Below, one piece after another: positions 20,320-28,427 of a DNA stretch of 64,000 bases. Location of the stretch: the NCBI GenBank assembly GCA_965202665.1, contig OZ241841.1, forward strand, positions 384,001 through 448,000. The letters run 5' to 3'. The notes below the pieces were generated by a model. It was not told where the DNA came from. It saw only the letters and a program-made list of their open reading frames with translations, and searched no databases. Origin of the DNA: Candidatus Spongiisociaceae bacterium (GTDB lineage Bacteria; Actinomycetota; Acidimicrobiia; Spongiisociales; Spongiisociaceae). A program made the translations under genes and the position numbers. Positions within the stretch are counted from its first letter, which is position 1; the number at the start of each line of letters is the position of its first letter.

Positions 20320-21447
20320 ATGACCACCGCAACCGACACCCGAATTGAGTTCTCCGACATACTGGGCCGCCGGGTGCGGCTCGGTTCGTGGGAGGATCAG
20401 AAGATCTCCACCTACCGCAAGATCAAGTCGGCGGTGGCGGAGGGAAACTGGGACCACGCCGCCGAGTTGGCCGACTATTTCACCGACGAGGCCAACGTGT
20501 GTTTCAGCCTCTACCGGCAGTGGATAAACGACCTGAACGGCTTCCTCAAAGAACAGGGAACCCCCGCCGACGAACTGGCGGAAATCAACGCCGCCATCGT
20601 GGACAAAATCGCCCTGCCCGACGGCTCCCCCTGGAACCCGCATCGGCACTGGGACCTCTACAAGCGGCAACAGCGGGAACTGCTGTCCTACATCTACCGG
20701 GGGCGGGCGGACGAAGCCGGCCGGGCCTTGGACGGTATGAAAGAAACCTGGCGGCAGACCCACGACCGGGATGTGGATCACACCTACGGGTTGATGTCGG
20801 AAATCCAGGAACGATTCGGTTCGCAGGGGATAGTGGACATGTTCCAGAAACTGCTGGTGCCCCTGTTCGCCTGGCGATACGAAAAGTTCGACATCGACAA
20901 GCACCCCTGGGATGAGGGCTTGGAGGCCCTGATGCTGGTGGCGTGCGAGGCGATGCGGGGCCATCTGGTGGGCCCGGAGCGGACCGGGGACTTCGAGCTG
21001 GTGGAAACCGACGACCGGTTCATCGTCCGCTTCGACCCGTGCGGCTCCGGGCAGCGCACCATCCGCGGCGACTGGATAGAAAACACGCCGGCCCGCATGA
21101 AACCCCCCTACAACTGGGGCGTCTCCCAGGAGGAGGCCTCCTGGAACCATTATCAGAAAGGGGTGTGCCTGTACTGCGCCCATTGCATCATCCTGATGGA
21201 GGAAATGCCGATGGACCGGTTCGGCTATCCGGTGCGGGTGGTGGACCCGCCGGTCTATCCGGACACCGACCGGGACCCGGAGGCGCGGCAACGTTGCCAG
21301 TGGCAGATGTTCAAAGACCCCACGCAGGTCCCCGCCGAATACTACGAGCGGGTGGGACGCACCAAGCCGGAACAATTCGGCTCGTCCCATTTCGACGCCC
21401 CCGAAATGCCCGACGCCGGGGCCCTCGGCCTGCCCGGACTGGGCTGA
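20320..21447 (+). CDS. Uncharacterised Cys-motif protein (paralog B of 10619..11698)
   Basis: EAMRGH, FDPCGSG, GVCLYCAHC and CQWQMFK; AAAGGAG RBS. Confidence 0.82.
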   Translation: MTTATDTRIEFSDILGRRVRLGSWEDQKISTYRKIKSAVAEGNWDHAAELADYFTDEANVCFSLYRQWINDLNGFLKEQGTPADELAEINAAIVDKIALPDGSPWNPHRHWDLYKRQQRELLSYIYRGRADEAGRALDGMKETWRQTHDRDVDHTYGLMSEIQERFGSQGIVDMFQKLLVPLFAWRYEKFDIDKHPWDEGLEALMLVACEAMRGHLVGPERTGDFELVETDDRFIVRFDPCGSGQRTIRGDWIENTPARMKPPYNWGVSQEEASWNHYQKGVCLYCAHCIILMEEMPMDRFGYPVRVVDPPVYPDTDRDPEARQRCQWQMFKDPTQVPAEYYERVGRTKPEQFGSSHFDAPEMPDAGALGLPGLG

Positions 21448-21492
21448 ACGACCCCGGGACAACTCCGGGAAAACCCTGGGTCAAGGGCCGTC

Positions 21493-22515
21493 ATGCGAGC
21501 CGCCCTGCTACGGGAATACCATCAACCCCTGCAACTTGAGGAACTGCCCGACCCCGTCCCCGGGCCGGGGCAGGTGGTGGTGGACACCCGGGCGGCGGGG
21601 GTGTGCGGGAGCGACGTGTTCCTGCAAAAAGGCGGGTTCGACTCTAGGTTGCCCATCGTGCCCGGCCACGAAGCGGCCGGAGTGGTGTCGGCGGCGGGGC
21701 CGGGGGTGGAAATCCGGATCGGAACCCCGGTGGCCATGTACTACATCGACCACTGCGGGGAATGCCGCACCTGCCGGGCGGGGCGGGTCAACATGTGCCT
21801 GTCGGTGCGCCGCATGGGAGTGGAATTCCATGGGGCGTTCGCCGAAAAGGTGGTGTTGGCGGAACGGAGCGTCATACCGGTTTCACCCGATGACGACCCG
21901 GCCGCCATCGCGGTGCTGACCGATGCGGTAGCCACCCCCTACCACGCCCTGGTGCGCATCGCCCGCGTCGAACCGGGGGAGACGGTGGCGGTGTTCGGAA
22001 TCGGCGGAATAGGTTCCAACGCGGTGCAGTTGGCCGCTCATCTGGGATGCCGGGTGATCGCCGTCAGCCGCACCCCCGCCAAACTGGACTTGGCGGCCCG
22101 GCTGGGGGCGGAGGCGGTCATCCGCAGCGACCGGGGCGTGTTGGAAAACATCGCCGAAGCGGCCGGGGAGGGCGGGCCGGATGTGATCCTGCAGACGGTC
22201 GGTTCGGCGGCGGTGTACGAACAGGCCTTGGCGGCGGCGGGGATCGGATGCCGGGTGATCGCGGTCGGCTCCAGCCTGGAACCGTTGCCGGTGATTCCCA
22301 TGCGCCTCATCTGGAGCGAAGCGGCGGTGGCCGGTTCGCGGGGGTTCACCCCCCGGGACATCAGGGAAGTGATCGAACTGCACCGTTCGGGGGCCATCGC
22401 CACCGGCCATCTGCTGGGCAATCGGATCGAACTGGACGGCATCAACCGGGCCTTGGACGACCTGCGGGCCGGAAAGGTGCTGCGTTCAGTGGTCGCATTC
22501 AAAGACGGCTGGTAA
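21493..22515 (+). CDS. Zn-dependent alcohol dehydrogenase (MDR)
   Basis: GVCGSD, GHE, CxxCxxC-x7-C, GIGGIG. Confidence 0.92.
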   Translation: MRAALLREYHQPLQLEELPDPVPGPGQVVVDTRAAGVCGSDVFLQKGGFDSRLPIVPGHEAAGVVSAAGPGVEIRIGTPVAMYYIDHCGECRTCRAGRVNMCLSVRRMGVEFHGAFAEKVVLAERSVIPVSPDDDPAAIAVLTDAVATPYHALVRIARVEPGETVAVFGIGGIGSNAVQLAAHLGCRVIAVSRTPAKLDLAARLGAEAVIRSDRGVLENIAEAAGEGGPDVILQTVGSAAVYEQALAAAGIGCRVIAVGSSLEPLPVIPMRLIWSEAAVAGSRGFTPRDIREVIELHRSGAIATGHLLGNRIELDGINRALDDLRAGKVLRSVVAFKDGW

Positions 22516-22527
22516 ACGAGCGGACCG

Positions 22528-23589
22528 ATGGGCGGTCGCTACCGGATTGCGGTGATACCCGGGGACGGGGTGGGCCGGGAGGTTGCCGAAGCGGGCTTGG
22601 CGGTGGCGCAGGCGGCGGCCGACCCGGACGGCGTCGTTTTGGAAACCATCGAATATCCCTGGTCGTGCGAATGGTACGCCAAGCACGGGCGGATGATGCC
22701 CGGCGACTGGCGGGAGCGCTTGGAGGCGGCGGATGCCATTTTCCTGGGGGCGGTCGGCTATCCGGGGGTGCCCGACCATGTTTCACTGTGGGGATTGCTG
22801 CTTCCCATCCGCCAGGCTTTCGACCAGTACGTCAACCTGCGCCCCATCCGGGCTTTGCCGGGCATCCGCCCCACCTTGGCCCGCAAAGACCACCGCCACA
22901 TCGACATAATGCTGGTGCGGGAAAACACGGAAGGGGAATACGCCGGGCAGGGCGGGCGGCTGGCGGCCGGAACCGAATGGGAGGTGGCCACCCAAACCTC
23001 CGTTTACACCCGGCGGGGGGTGGAGCGGCTGGTGCGCTACGGGTTTGAAACCGCCCGCGCCCGCTCCGGGCGGCTGGCTTCGGCCACCAAATCCAACGCC
23101 CTGCAATACGCTTCGGTGATGTGGGACGAGGTGGTGGAGGAAACGGCGGGGGACTATCCGGATGTGCAGGTTTCCCCCTATCTGATCGACGCTTTGGCGG
23201 CCGCTTTCATCTCCCATCCGGAAAACTTCGACGTGGTGGTCGCCTCCAACCTGTTCGGGGACGTCCTGGCCGACATCGGAGCGGCCCTGATGGGGTCCAT
23301 GGGGATGGCACCTTCCGCCAACCTGAACCCGGCAGGAACCGCCCCCAGCCTGTTCGAACCGGTGCACGGCTCCGCCCCCGACATCGCCGGGCGGGGCGAA
23401 GCCAACCCGCTGGCGGCGGTGTGGAGCGCCTCCCTGATGCTGGACCACTTGGGGGAGGCGGAAGCCGCCCGGCGGGTGATGGCATCTGTGGAACAGGTGG
23501 CCGAATCCGGCCCGCACACCCCCGACCTGGGCGGAACCGGATCCACCGCCCAAGTAACCGACGCCCTACTGCAAGCCGTCCCCAAATAG
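22528..23589 (+). CDS. Tartrate/D-malate dehydrogenase (decarboxylating), isocitrate/isopropylmalate DH family
   Basis: IPGDGVG, PDHVSLWGLLL, TKSN, SNLFGD, EPVHGSAPDIAG. Confidence 0.88.
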   Translation: MGGRYRIAVIPGDGVGREVAEAGLAVAQAAADPDGVVLETIEYPWSCEWYAKHGRMMPGDWRERLEAADAIFLGAVGYPGVPDHVSLWGLLLPIRQAFDQYVNLRPIRALPGIRPTLARKDHRHIDIMLVRENTEGEYAGQGGRLAAGTEWEVATQTSVYTRRGVERLVRYGFETARARSGRLASATKSNALQYASVMWDEVVEETAGDYPDVQVSPYLIDALAAAFISHPENFDVVVASNLFGDVLADIGAALMGSMGMAPSANLNPAGTAPSLFEPVHGSAPDIAGRGEANPLAAVWSASLMLDHLGEAEAARRVMASVEQVAESGPHTPDLGGTGSTAQVTDALLQAVPK

Positions 23590-23639
23590 GCGAAAACAGA
23601 GCATCCGCATAAATCCCAAACCGTTTTACCATCGGGGGC

Positions 23640-24224
23640 ATGATTGAAAAATTCTACCGATGGCGGGCAGCGGCGGGCCGCGAAGCTTACGTACGAGAGC
23701 TGGAGGCAAGCCTGACCCGAGGCTGGAAACAGGCTTACGTCAACGAAACGGCCGATGGCCATAAAATGAAAGACAGTGATATGAGCTACGCTATTGATCA
23801 CATGGTCCTCGGTTTGGAATACGGACCTGCGAATAGCAACCCCTATGCACTGCGGATTCGACACATAGGGCTTAAGAAACATGGAGGCTTGCTGGATATT
23901 GGTTTTGAGGAGACCTTGGATAGACGGGAGGGGCATATTTTTCACGCTCAGGAACCCAACCCAAGATGGATGAAACTTTTAAGGGCGAAGGGGCTACAAT
24001 GGTTAGATATGAAAACGGAAATAACCACCCCCGCCCCGCCGGAGGACTTTTCGGGGCTGTACGATGTCAACGACGAAATTTTTATCGAAGGGCTCAGGAC
24101 CATCCTGGAACGATTGCCCGACGGATACCGATTCGACCCCGACACCGGAATCCTGCTCCGCGACGACCCCACCCTGGACCCCCACCCCTACCTGGGCACC
24201 CTCTACCCCTCGGAAGAGGACTAG
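23640..24224 (+). CDS. Hypothetical protein: BrnT/RelE-like toxin-resembling domain plus a C-terminal module duplicated downstream
   Basis: H..D..YA...IG...GGLLDIG...IFHA...W..LL pattern; internal in-frame ATG at 24009. Confidence 0.5.
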   Translation: MIEKFYRWRAAAGREAYVRELEASLTRGWKQAYVNETADGHKMKDSDMSYAIDHMVLGLEYGPANSNPYALRIRHIGLKKHGGLLDIGFEETLDRREGHIFHAQEPNPRWMKLLRAKGLQWLDMKTEITTPAPPEDFSGLYDVNDEIFIEGLRTILERLPDGYRFDPDTGILLRDDPTLDPHPYLGTLYPSEED

Positions 24225-24473
24225 GGGGGCTAGGTCAGTTCGAACAAGGATGGCGACCGCCCCAGCCCCGCCGGAGAACTTTGCGGGGCTGTACGATGTC
24301 AACGACGAAATGTTCACGGCGGGGTTCTTAGCCGCTCTGGAACGATTGCCCGACGGATACCGATTCGACCCCGACACCGGAATCCTGCTCCGCGACGACC
24401 CCACCCTGGACCCCTACCCCTACCTGGGCGCCCTCTACTCTTCGGAAGAGGGCCAGGGGGGCTAGGTCAGTTC
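24024..24473 (+). repeat. Tandem direct repeat, ~218-bp copies (24024-24241 and 24256-24473), period 232 bp
   Basis: Manual alignment; long identical core plus one strongly diverged ~25-nt block. Confidence 0.93.
24250..24465 (+). CDS. Small hypothetical protein (71 aa), stand-alone copy of the upstream C-terminal module
   Basis: MATAPAPPENFAGLYDVNDE... matches the tail of 23640..24224. Confidence 0.55.
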   Translation: MATAPAPPENFAGLYDVNDEMFTAGFLAALERLPDGYRFDPDTGILLRDDPTLDPYPYLGALYSSEEGQGG

Positions 24474-25469
24474 TCCGGCTCGCCAGGCTTTCAGGTAGTT
24501 CATGCAGAACTCGTCCCGGCCGAGCAGGGTGTCGCAAGCCAGCCGGTAGCCGGGCGACTCCCGGTCGGCGGCCCAAACTTCGGCCACCGGATTCATCACC
24601 GGGTCGATAATCCCGCTGTCCGCCCCCGCCTCCGTCGCCAGGTTGATGAAGGCGGCGTTCATCAACTTGCGGGCCGGGATCCCGAAAGAAACGTTGCTGA
24701 GGCCGCCGGTGATGTGAATGCCGGAACCGAACCGCTCCCTCAAACCGCGGATGGCGTCCAACACGTGCAACCCGTACGACCCATCCACCGAAATGGGGAA
24801 AACCAACGGGTCCACGTAAATGTCGTCCTCCGCCAGCCCCCCCGCCAAAGCCGCCTCCACCATCCGGGAGGCGTTGTCGATGCGCTCCCCGGCGTCGGAA
24901 GGCATGCCCTCCGACCCCGACGAGGTAACTATCACCCGGGCCCCATGCTCCACCGCCAATTCCAAAGCGTCGATCCGTTCCAGGGAAGCCGAGTTGAGCA
25001 TGGGACGGGCCCCGTTGCCGGCCGCCGCCCGCAAACCGGCCGCGATGGACTGCACGTCGGAGGAATCGACCGACACCGGCAACTGGGAGTGTTCCCGCAC
25101 GAACCCGACCAGCCACACCATCGCCTCCCGTTGCTCGGCGGGCCGCAGGGAAATCTCATCCACGTTCACATCCAGGAAATGGGCCCCCGCCCGTTCCTGA
25201 TCGCGGATCACCCGTCGCAGGTACTCCTCCCCCTCTGGGGCGCCCCTCATCGCCTCCCGCACCGCCAAGGCGATGTGCTTGACGCGGCCCTGTTGAAACT
25301 CTTTGCCGGCCGTCATCCATTCCGTCACCGGCAGAAACCCCTCCTCGCCCCCGATGGTGGTGAAAACCACTCCCCCCCGTCCGTCCCGCTCCGCGAACCG
25401 TTTGCCTTTGCGCAACAGGATGCGGCTGGCGTGGATGTTCTCCCCGATGACGATGAAAGGGCCGCTCAC
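24462..25469 (-). CDS. Methylcorrinoid:tetrahydrofolate methyltransferase (pterin-binding, AcsE/MetH-type)
   Basis: VIGENI, LDVN, SVDS, LNS, DPLV, GLSNVSFG; GTG start overlaps the upstream stop. Confidence 0.87.
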   Translation of the reverse strand: MSGPFIVIGENIHASRILLRKGKRFAERDGRGGVVFTTIGGEEGFLPVTEWMTAGKEFQQGRVKHIALAVREAMRGAPEGEEYLRRVIRDQERAGAHFLDVNVDEISLRPAEQREAMVWLVGFVREHSQLPVSVDSSDVQSIAAGLRAAAGNGARPMLNSASLERIDALELAVEHGARVIVTSSGSEGMPSDAGERIDNASRMVEAALAGGLAEDDIYVDPLVFPISVDGSYGLHVLDAIRGLRERFGSGIHITGGLSNVSFGIPARKLMNAAFINLATEAGADSGIIDPVMNPVAEVWAADRESPGYRLACDTLLGRDEFCMNYLKAWRAGELT

Positions 25470-27172
25470 CGCCCCGCTCCCGCCAGCGCCGGCTCCGCAG
25501 GCCCCGCCGGGCCGTCGGAAACGGGGGCGAACGGAAATACTTCCGGCATCGGCTTCAGTTGGCATCCCTCCACGAACACATCGAAGAAGTCGGTAGAGGT
25601 TTCCAGTTCAATGTGGGTTACGTCTTTCACCCGTTCCTCCAGGGCCGCCCGGCGGGAGGCGGACAGCAACACCCGGCGGGCCCCGTCGATGGCCGCATTG
25701 CCCACCCGCGTGATGCGTTCCGGCGGAATGGGCGGTATCAGGCCGATTTCCGCCGCGTTGCGGGCGTTGATGTAGGAGGCGAACCCCCCGGCCAGAAACA
25801 GCCGTTCCACATCGGCGGGCTGCACCCCGGCCGCCCGCATGACGATCAGCTGGCCGCTGTAGTTGGCGGCTTTCGCCTGGGCCAGATTGCCGACGTCCTG
25901 CTTGGAAAAAGTAATGCCCCGTTCGGGGAAGAGATCCATCTGGAAACGGCGCCGGTCGGCGGAGAACACCCCCCGTTCGGTCATAATCCCGTGCCGCCGC
26001 ACTTCGGCCAACAGGTCGATCAGGCCCGACCCGCACAACCCCGCCGGGGGTTGGCCGCCGATGGTGGCGTATTCGGCGGGGGTTCCGTCCGGGGCGAGGC
26101 GGATGGATTCGACGGCCCCCTCGTAGGCCCGCATCCCGTAGGAGACCAGCCCCCCTTCGAAGGCGGGCCCGGCCGGGCAGGAAGCGGCGAACAGCCGCCC
26201 CCGGTGGTGGAGGAGCACCTCGGTGTTGGTGCCGATGTCCACCAGCATGTTGGTTCCGCCCCCGGCCGCCAGATCCACCGACTCCAAACAGGCGGCGGCG
26301 TCGCCCCCCACATGGCTGGCCACCAGCGGCAACCCGTAGACCCGCGCCCGCCGGTTGGCCCGGATGCCCAACTCTTCGCTGCGGGCCAGCAGGGCGGTGG
26401 TGGGGCGGCGGCCGTCCAAATATTCGCGCTCCGTCAGCGACTTGTAAGGTTTGGAGCCGATGCTCTGCACGTCCCAGCCGAACAGGATGTCCCGCATGGT
26501 GGAGTTGCCCGCAACCGTGATCTCGTACACGCAGGGCGGGCGGCGCCCGACGGAGGCGGTCAACTCCCGGATGCCCTGATTGAGGTAGGTGACCGCCGCC
26601 TTCTGCAACTCCCCCGCCGCCCCGGGCTGGGCTTCGTAGGAGATGCGGTTCATCACGTCGCTCCCCCCGAACCGTTGCGGGTTCTCGAAACTGGCCACCG
26701 CCGCCGGGCGGCCGGTTTCCAAATCCACCAGTTCCATCACCACGGTGGTGGTGCCCAAATCCACCGCCAGCCCGAAAATCGCCCCCCGGTAGGAGTCCAC
26801 CCGCTCCCCGTCGTACAACACCGACTCCCCCGCCCGGACGACCAGCGGATCCAACGGGCCGGGAGGGGCGGCGGGGGACTGCGGTTCCAAGATGCGGGGG
26901 CGGCGGCGCAGGGCGGCGAATTCGATGGGGGAGGCCGGGTCCATGATGCGGGCCTGGCAGGCCAGGCGGTAGTCGTCCCGCAGGAAAGCCTCCGCGGCGG
27001 TGGGGGGGAGCAGCGATTCCATGCCGGAAATGATTTCCACCACGCATTCGTGGCATTGGCCGGTGCGGCGGCAGGAAGTGGGCACCTCCACCGCCAGTTC
27101 GTCGGCGTAATCGAAGATGGTCTTGCCCGCCTCCGCCGGACGGGCCTCCCCGCCGTGCCGAACCTCGCTCAT
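25466..27172 (-). CDS. ASKHA-type ATP-dependent reductive activator of corrinoid proteins (RACE, DUF4445) with an N-terminal [2Fe-2S] domain
   Basis: SCRRTGQCHEC..RLACQ, DLGTTT, G.DVMNRI, DIGTNTE, AGPAFEG, GLCGSG, LAGGF, GNAA. Confidence 0.92.
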   Translation of the reverse strand: MSEVRHGGEARPAEAGKTIFDYADELAVEVPTSCRRTGQCHECVVEIISGMESLLPPTAAEAFLRDDYRLACQARIMDPASPIEFAALRRRPRILEPQSPAAPPGPLDPLVVRAGESVLYDGERVDSYRGAIFGLAVDLGTTTVVMELVDLETGRPAAVASFENPQRFGGSDVMNRISYEAQPGAAGELQKAAVTYLNQGIRELTASVGRRPPCVYEITVAGNSTMRDILFGWDVQSIGSKPYKSLTEREYLDGRRPTTALLARSEELGIRANRRARVYGLPLVASHVGGDAAACLESVDLAAGGGTNMLVDIGTNTEVLLHHRGRLFAASCPAGPAFEGGLVSYGMRAYEGAVESIRLAPDGTPAEYATIGGQPPAGLCGSGLIDLLAEVRRHGIMTERGVFSADRRRFQMDLFPERGITFSKQDVGNLAQAKAANYSGQLIVMRAAGVQPADVERLFLAGGFASYINARNAAEIGLIPPIPPERITRVGNAAIDGARRVLLSASRRAALEERVKDVTHIELETSTDFFDVFVEGCQLKPMPEVFPFAPVSDGPAGPAEPALAGAGR

Positions 27173-27549
27173 TCCGCCGCCTCCGAATCGGCCCCGTCCG
27201 CCTCCCGCCGTTGGGCGGCTTCCCGTTTGATGGAGGCTATCTTGTCTTTGGTGCGGCGGTAGGCCCGGGCGTCGGTCTCCCAGGCGGTGCGGTAGTCGAA
27301 GGTTCCGTCGTGGCCGCAGAACAGCTCCTCCGGGTCGGCCTCCTCCGCCCGCTGGTTGCGGCATCGGAACAGGGCGGTGCATCGGTCCAGGCGGTCCCGG
27401 TAGGGGCACCGCAACCGGGACACCTCCTCGGCGTGCGAGGCCACCCCGGTGAAAATCTGGTTGATCCGGTCCAGGCGGAGGCGTATCTCCTCCGGGTCCA
27501 ACGGCTCCGGATGGGGGGGCTCGGAGGCGGGGGGCGGGGATTCGGCCAT
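27169..27549 (-). CDS. Small 4-Cys hypothetical protein in the corrinoid operon
   Basis: C-x8-C-x5-C-x14-C; 3 nt after the corrinoid gene stop; ATGA overlap with RACE. Confidence 0.75.
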   Translation of the reverse strand: MAESPPPASEPPHPEPLDPEEIRLRLDRINQIFTGVASHAEEVSRLRCPYRDRLDRCTALFRCRNQRAEEADPEELFCGHDGTFDYRTAWETDARAYRRTKDKIASIKREAAQRREADGADSEAAE

Positions 27550-27552
27550 CGG

Positions 27553-28302
27553 CTACGCCCCCGCTACGGCCAGTTCTTTGGCCAAAGCCACGCAGGCCAG
27601 GGCGTCTTTGCCGTAGCCGTCAGCCCCCACATCCTCGCCGAATTCGGGAGTGACCGGGGCGCCGCCCACCATGAAACGAACTTGCTCCCGCAGTCCCTCG
27701 TCTTTGAAAGCCTCCACCGTTTTGGCCATGTTGGGCATGGTGGTGGTGAGCAGGGCGGACATTCCGATCACCATGGCGTTGTTCTCTTTGAAAGCGGCGA
27801 TGAACTCTTCCGGGGAGGTGTCCACCCCCAGGTCCACCACCGTGAAACCGCCCCCCCGCAACATCATTATGCACAGGTTTTTGCCTATGTCGTGCAGGTC
27901 GCCTTTGACGGTGCCCATGATCACCGTTCCAACCGGCTCGGAACCGGAGGCGGCCAGGATCGGCTCGATGTGGGCCATTCCGGCTTTCATCGCCCGGGCG
28001 CACACCAGCACCTCCGGCACGAAAATGAAACCTTCGCGGAATTTGATCCCTACGATCCCCATTCCGGCGATGAGGCCGTCGTCCATAATCTCCAAAGCCC
28101 CCACCCCGTTGTCCAAAGATTCCCGGGTCATCTCGTCCACCGCCTCGTTGTCGCCCATGATCAGGGCGGCGGCGATGTCCTGCATCTCCGGCGAGGCGGC
28201 CGCGAACAGTTCTATGTTGCGTTCGATCTCCTCCGGGTCATCGAGGAACTCCTCTATTTCCTCCCGGATGATTTCGCTTACGATATCGGAAAGTTGCGCC
28301 AT
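27553..28302 (-). CDS. Methyltransferase cognate corrinoid (B12-binding) protein
   Basis: GTVKGDLHDIGKN, DLGVD, SALLTTTM, VGGAPVT; N-terminal cap with FVPE. Confidence 0.95.
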   Translation of the reverse strand: MAQLSDIVSEIIREEIEEFLDDPEEIERNIELFAAASPEMQDIAAALIMGDNEAVDEMTRESLDNGVGALEIMDDGLIAGMGIVGIKFREGFIFVPEVLVCARAMKAGMAHIEPILAASGSEPVGTVIMGTVKGDLHDIGKNLCIMMLRGGGFTVVDLGVDTSPEEFIAAFKENNAMVIGMSALLTTTMPNMAKTVEAFKDEGLREQVRFMVGGAPVTPEFGEDVGADGYGKDALACVALAKELAVAGA

Positions 28303-28341
28303 TGTCCCGTTCGGTTGCGTTGCTGCGGCCTGCTCGGCCCC

Positions 28342-28370
28342 ACATTACTGGAAACGTTTCCAGTAGGCAA
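28342..28370 (-). promoter_or_regulatory. Sigma70-type promoter with a perfect 20-bp LacI-type operator covering the spacer
   Basis: TTGCCT-N17-TAATGT on the minus strand; palindrome TACTGGAAACGTTTCCAGTA at 28346-28365. Confidence 0.85.
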
Positions 28371-28427
28371 GCCGCCGGCTAAAAAGGTGCTGCGGCCCCG
28401 CCTCGGAAAAGGGCCTCTTGCCGGGCT

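Noticed and set aside
24024-24473. Repeat pair as a DGR template/variable region or CRISPR array
   Set aside because: Mismatches are not adenine-specific, there is no reverse transcriptase in the window, and there are only two long units with no repeat-spacer pattern.
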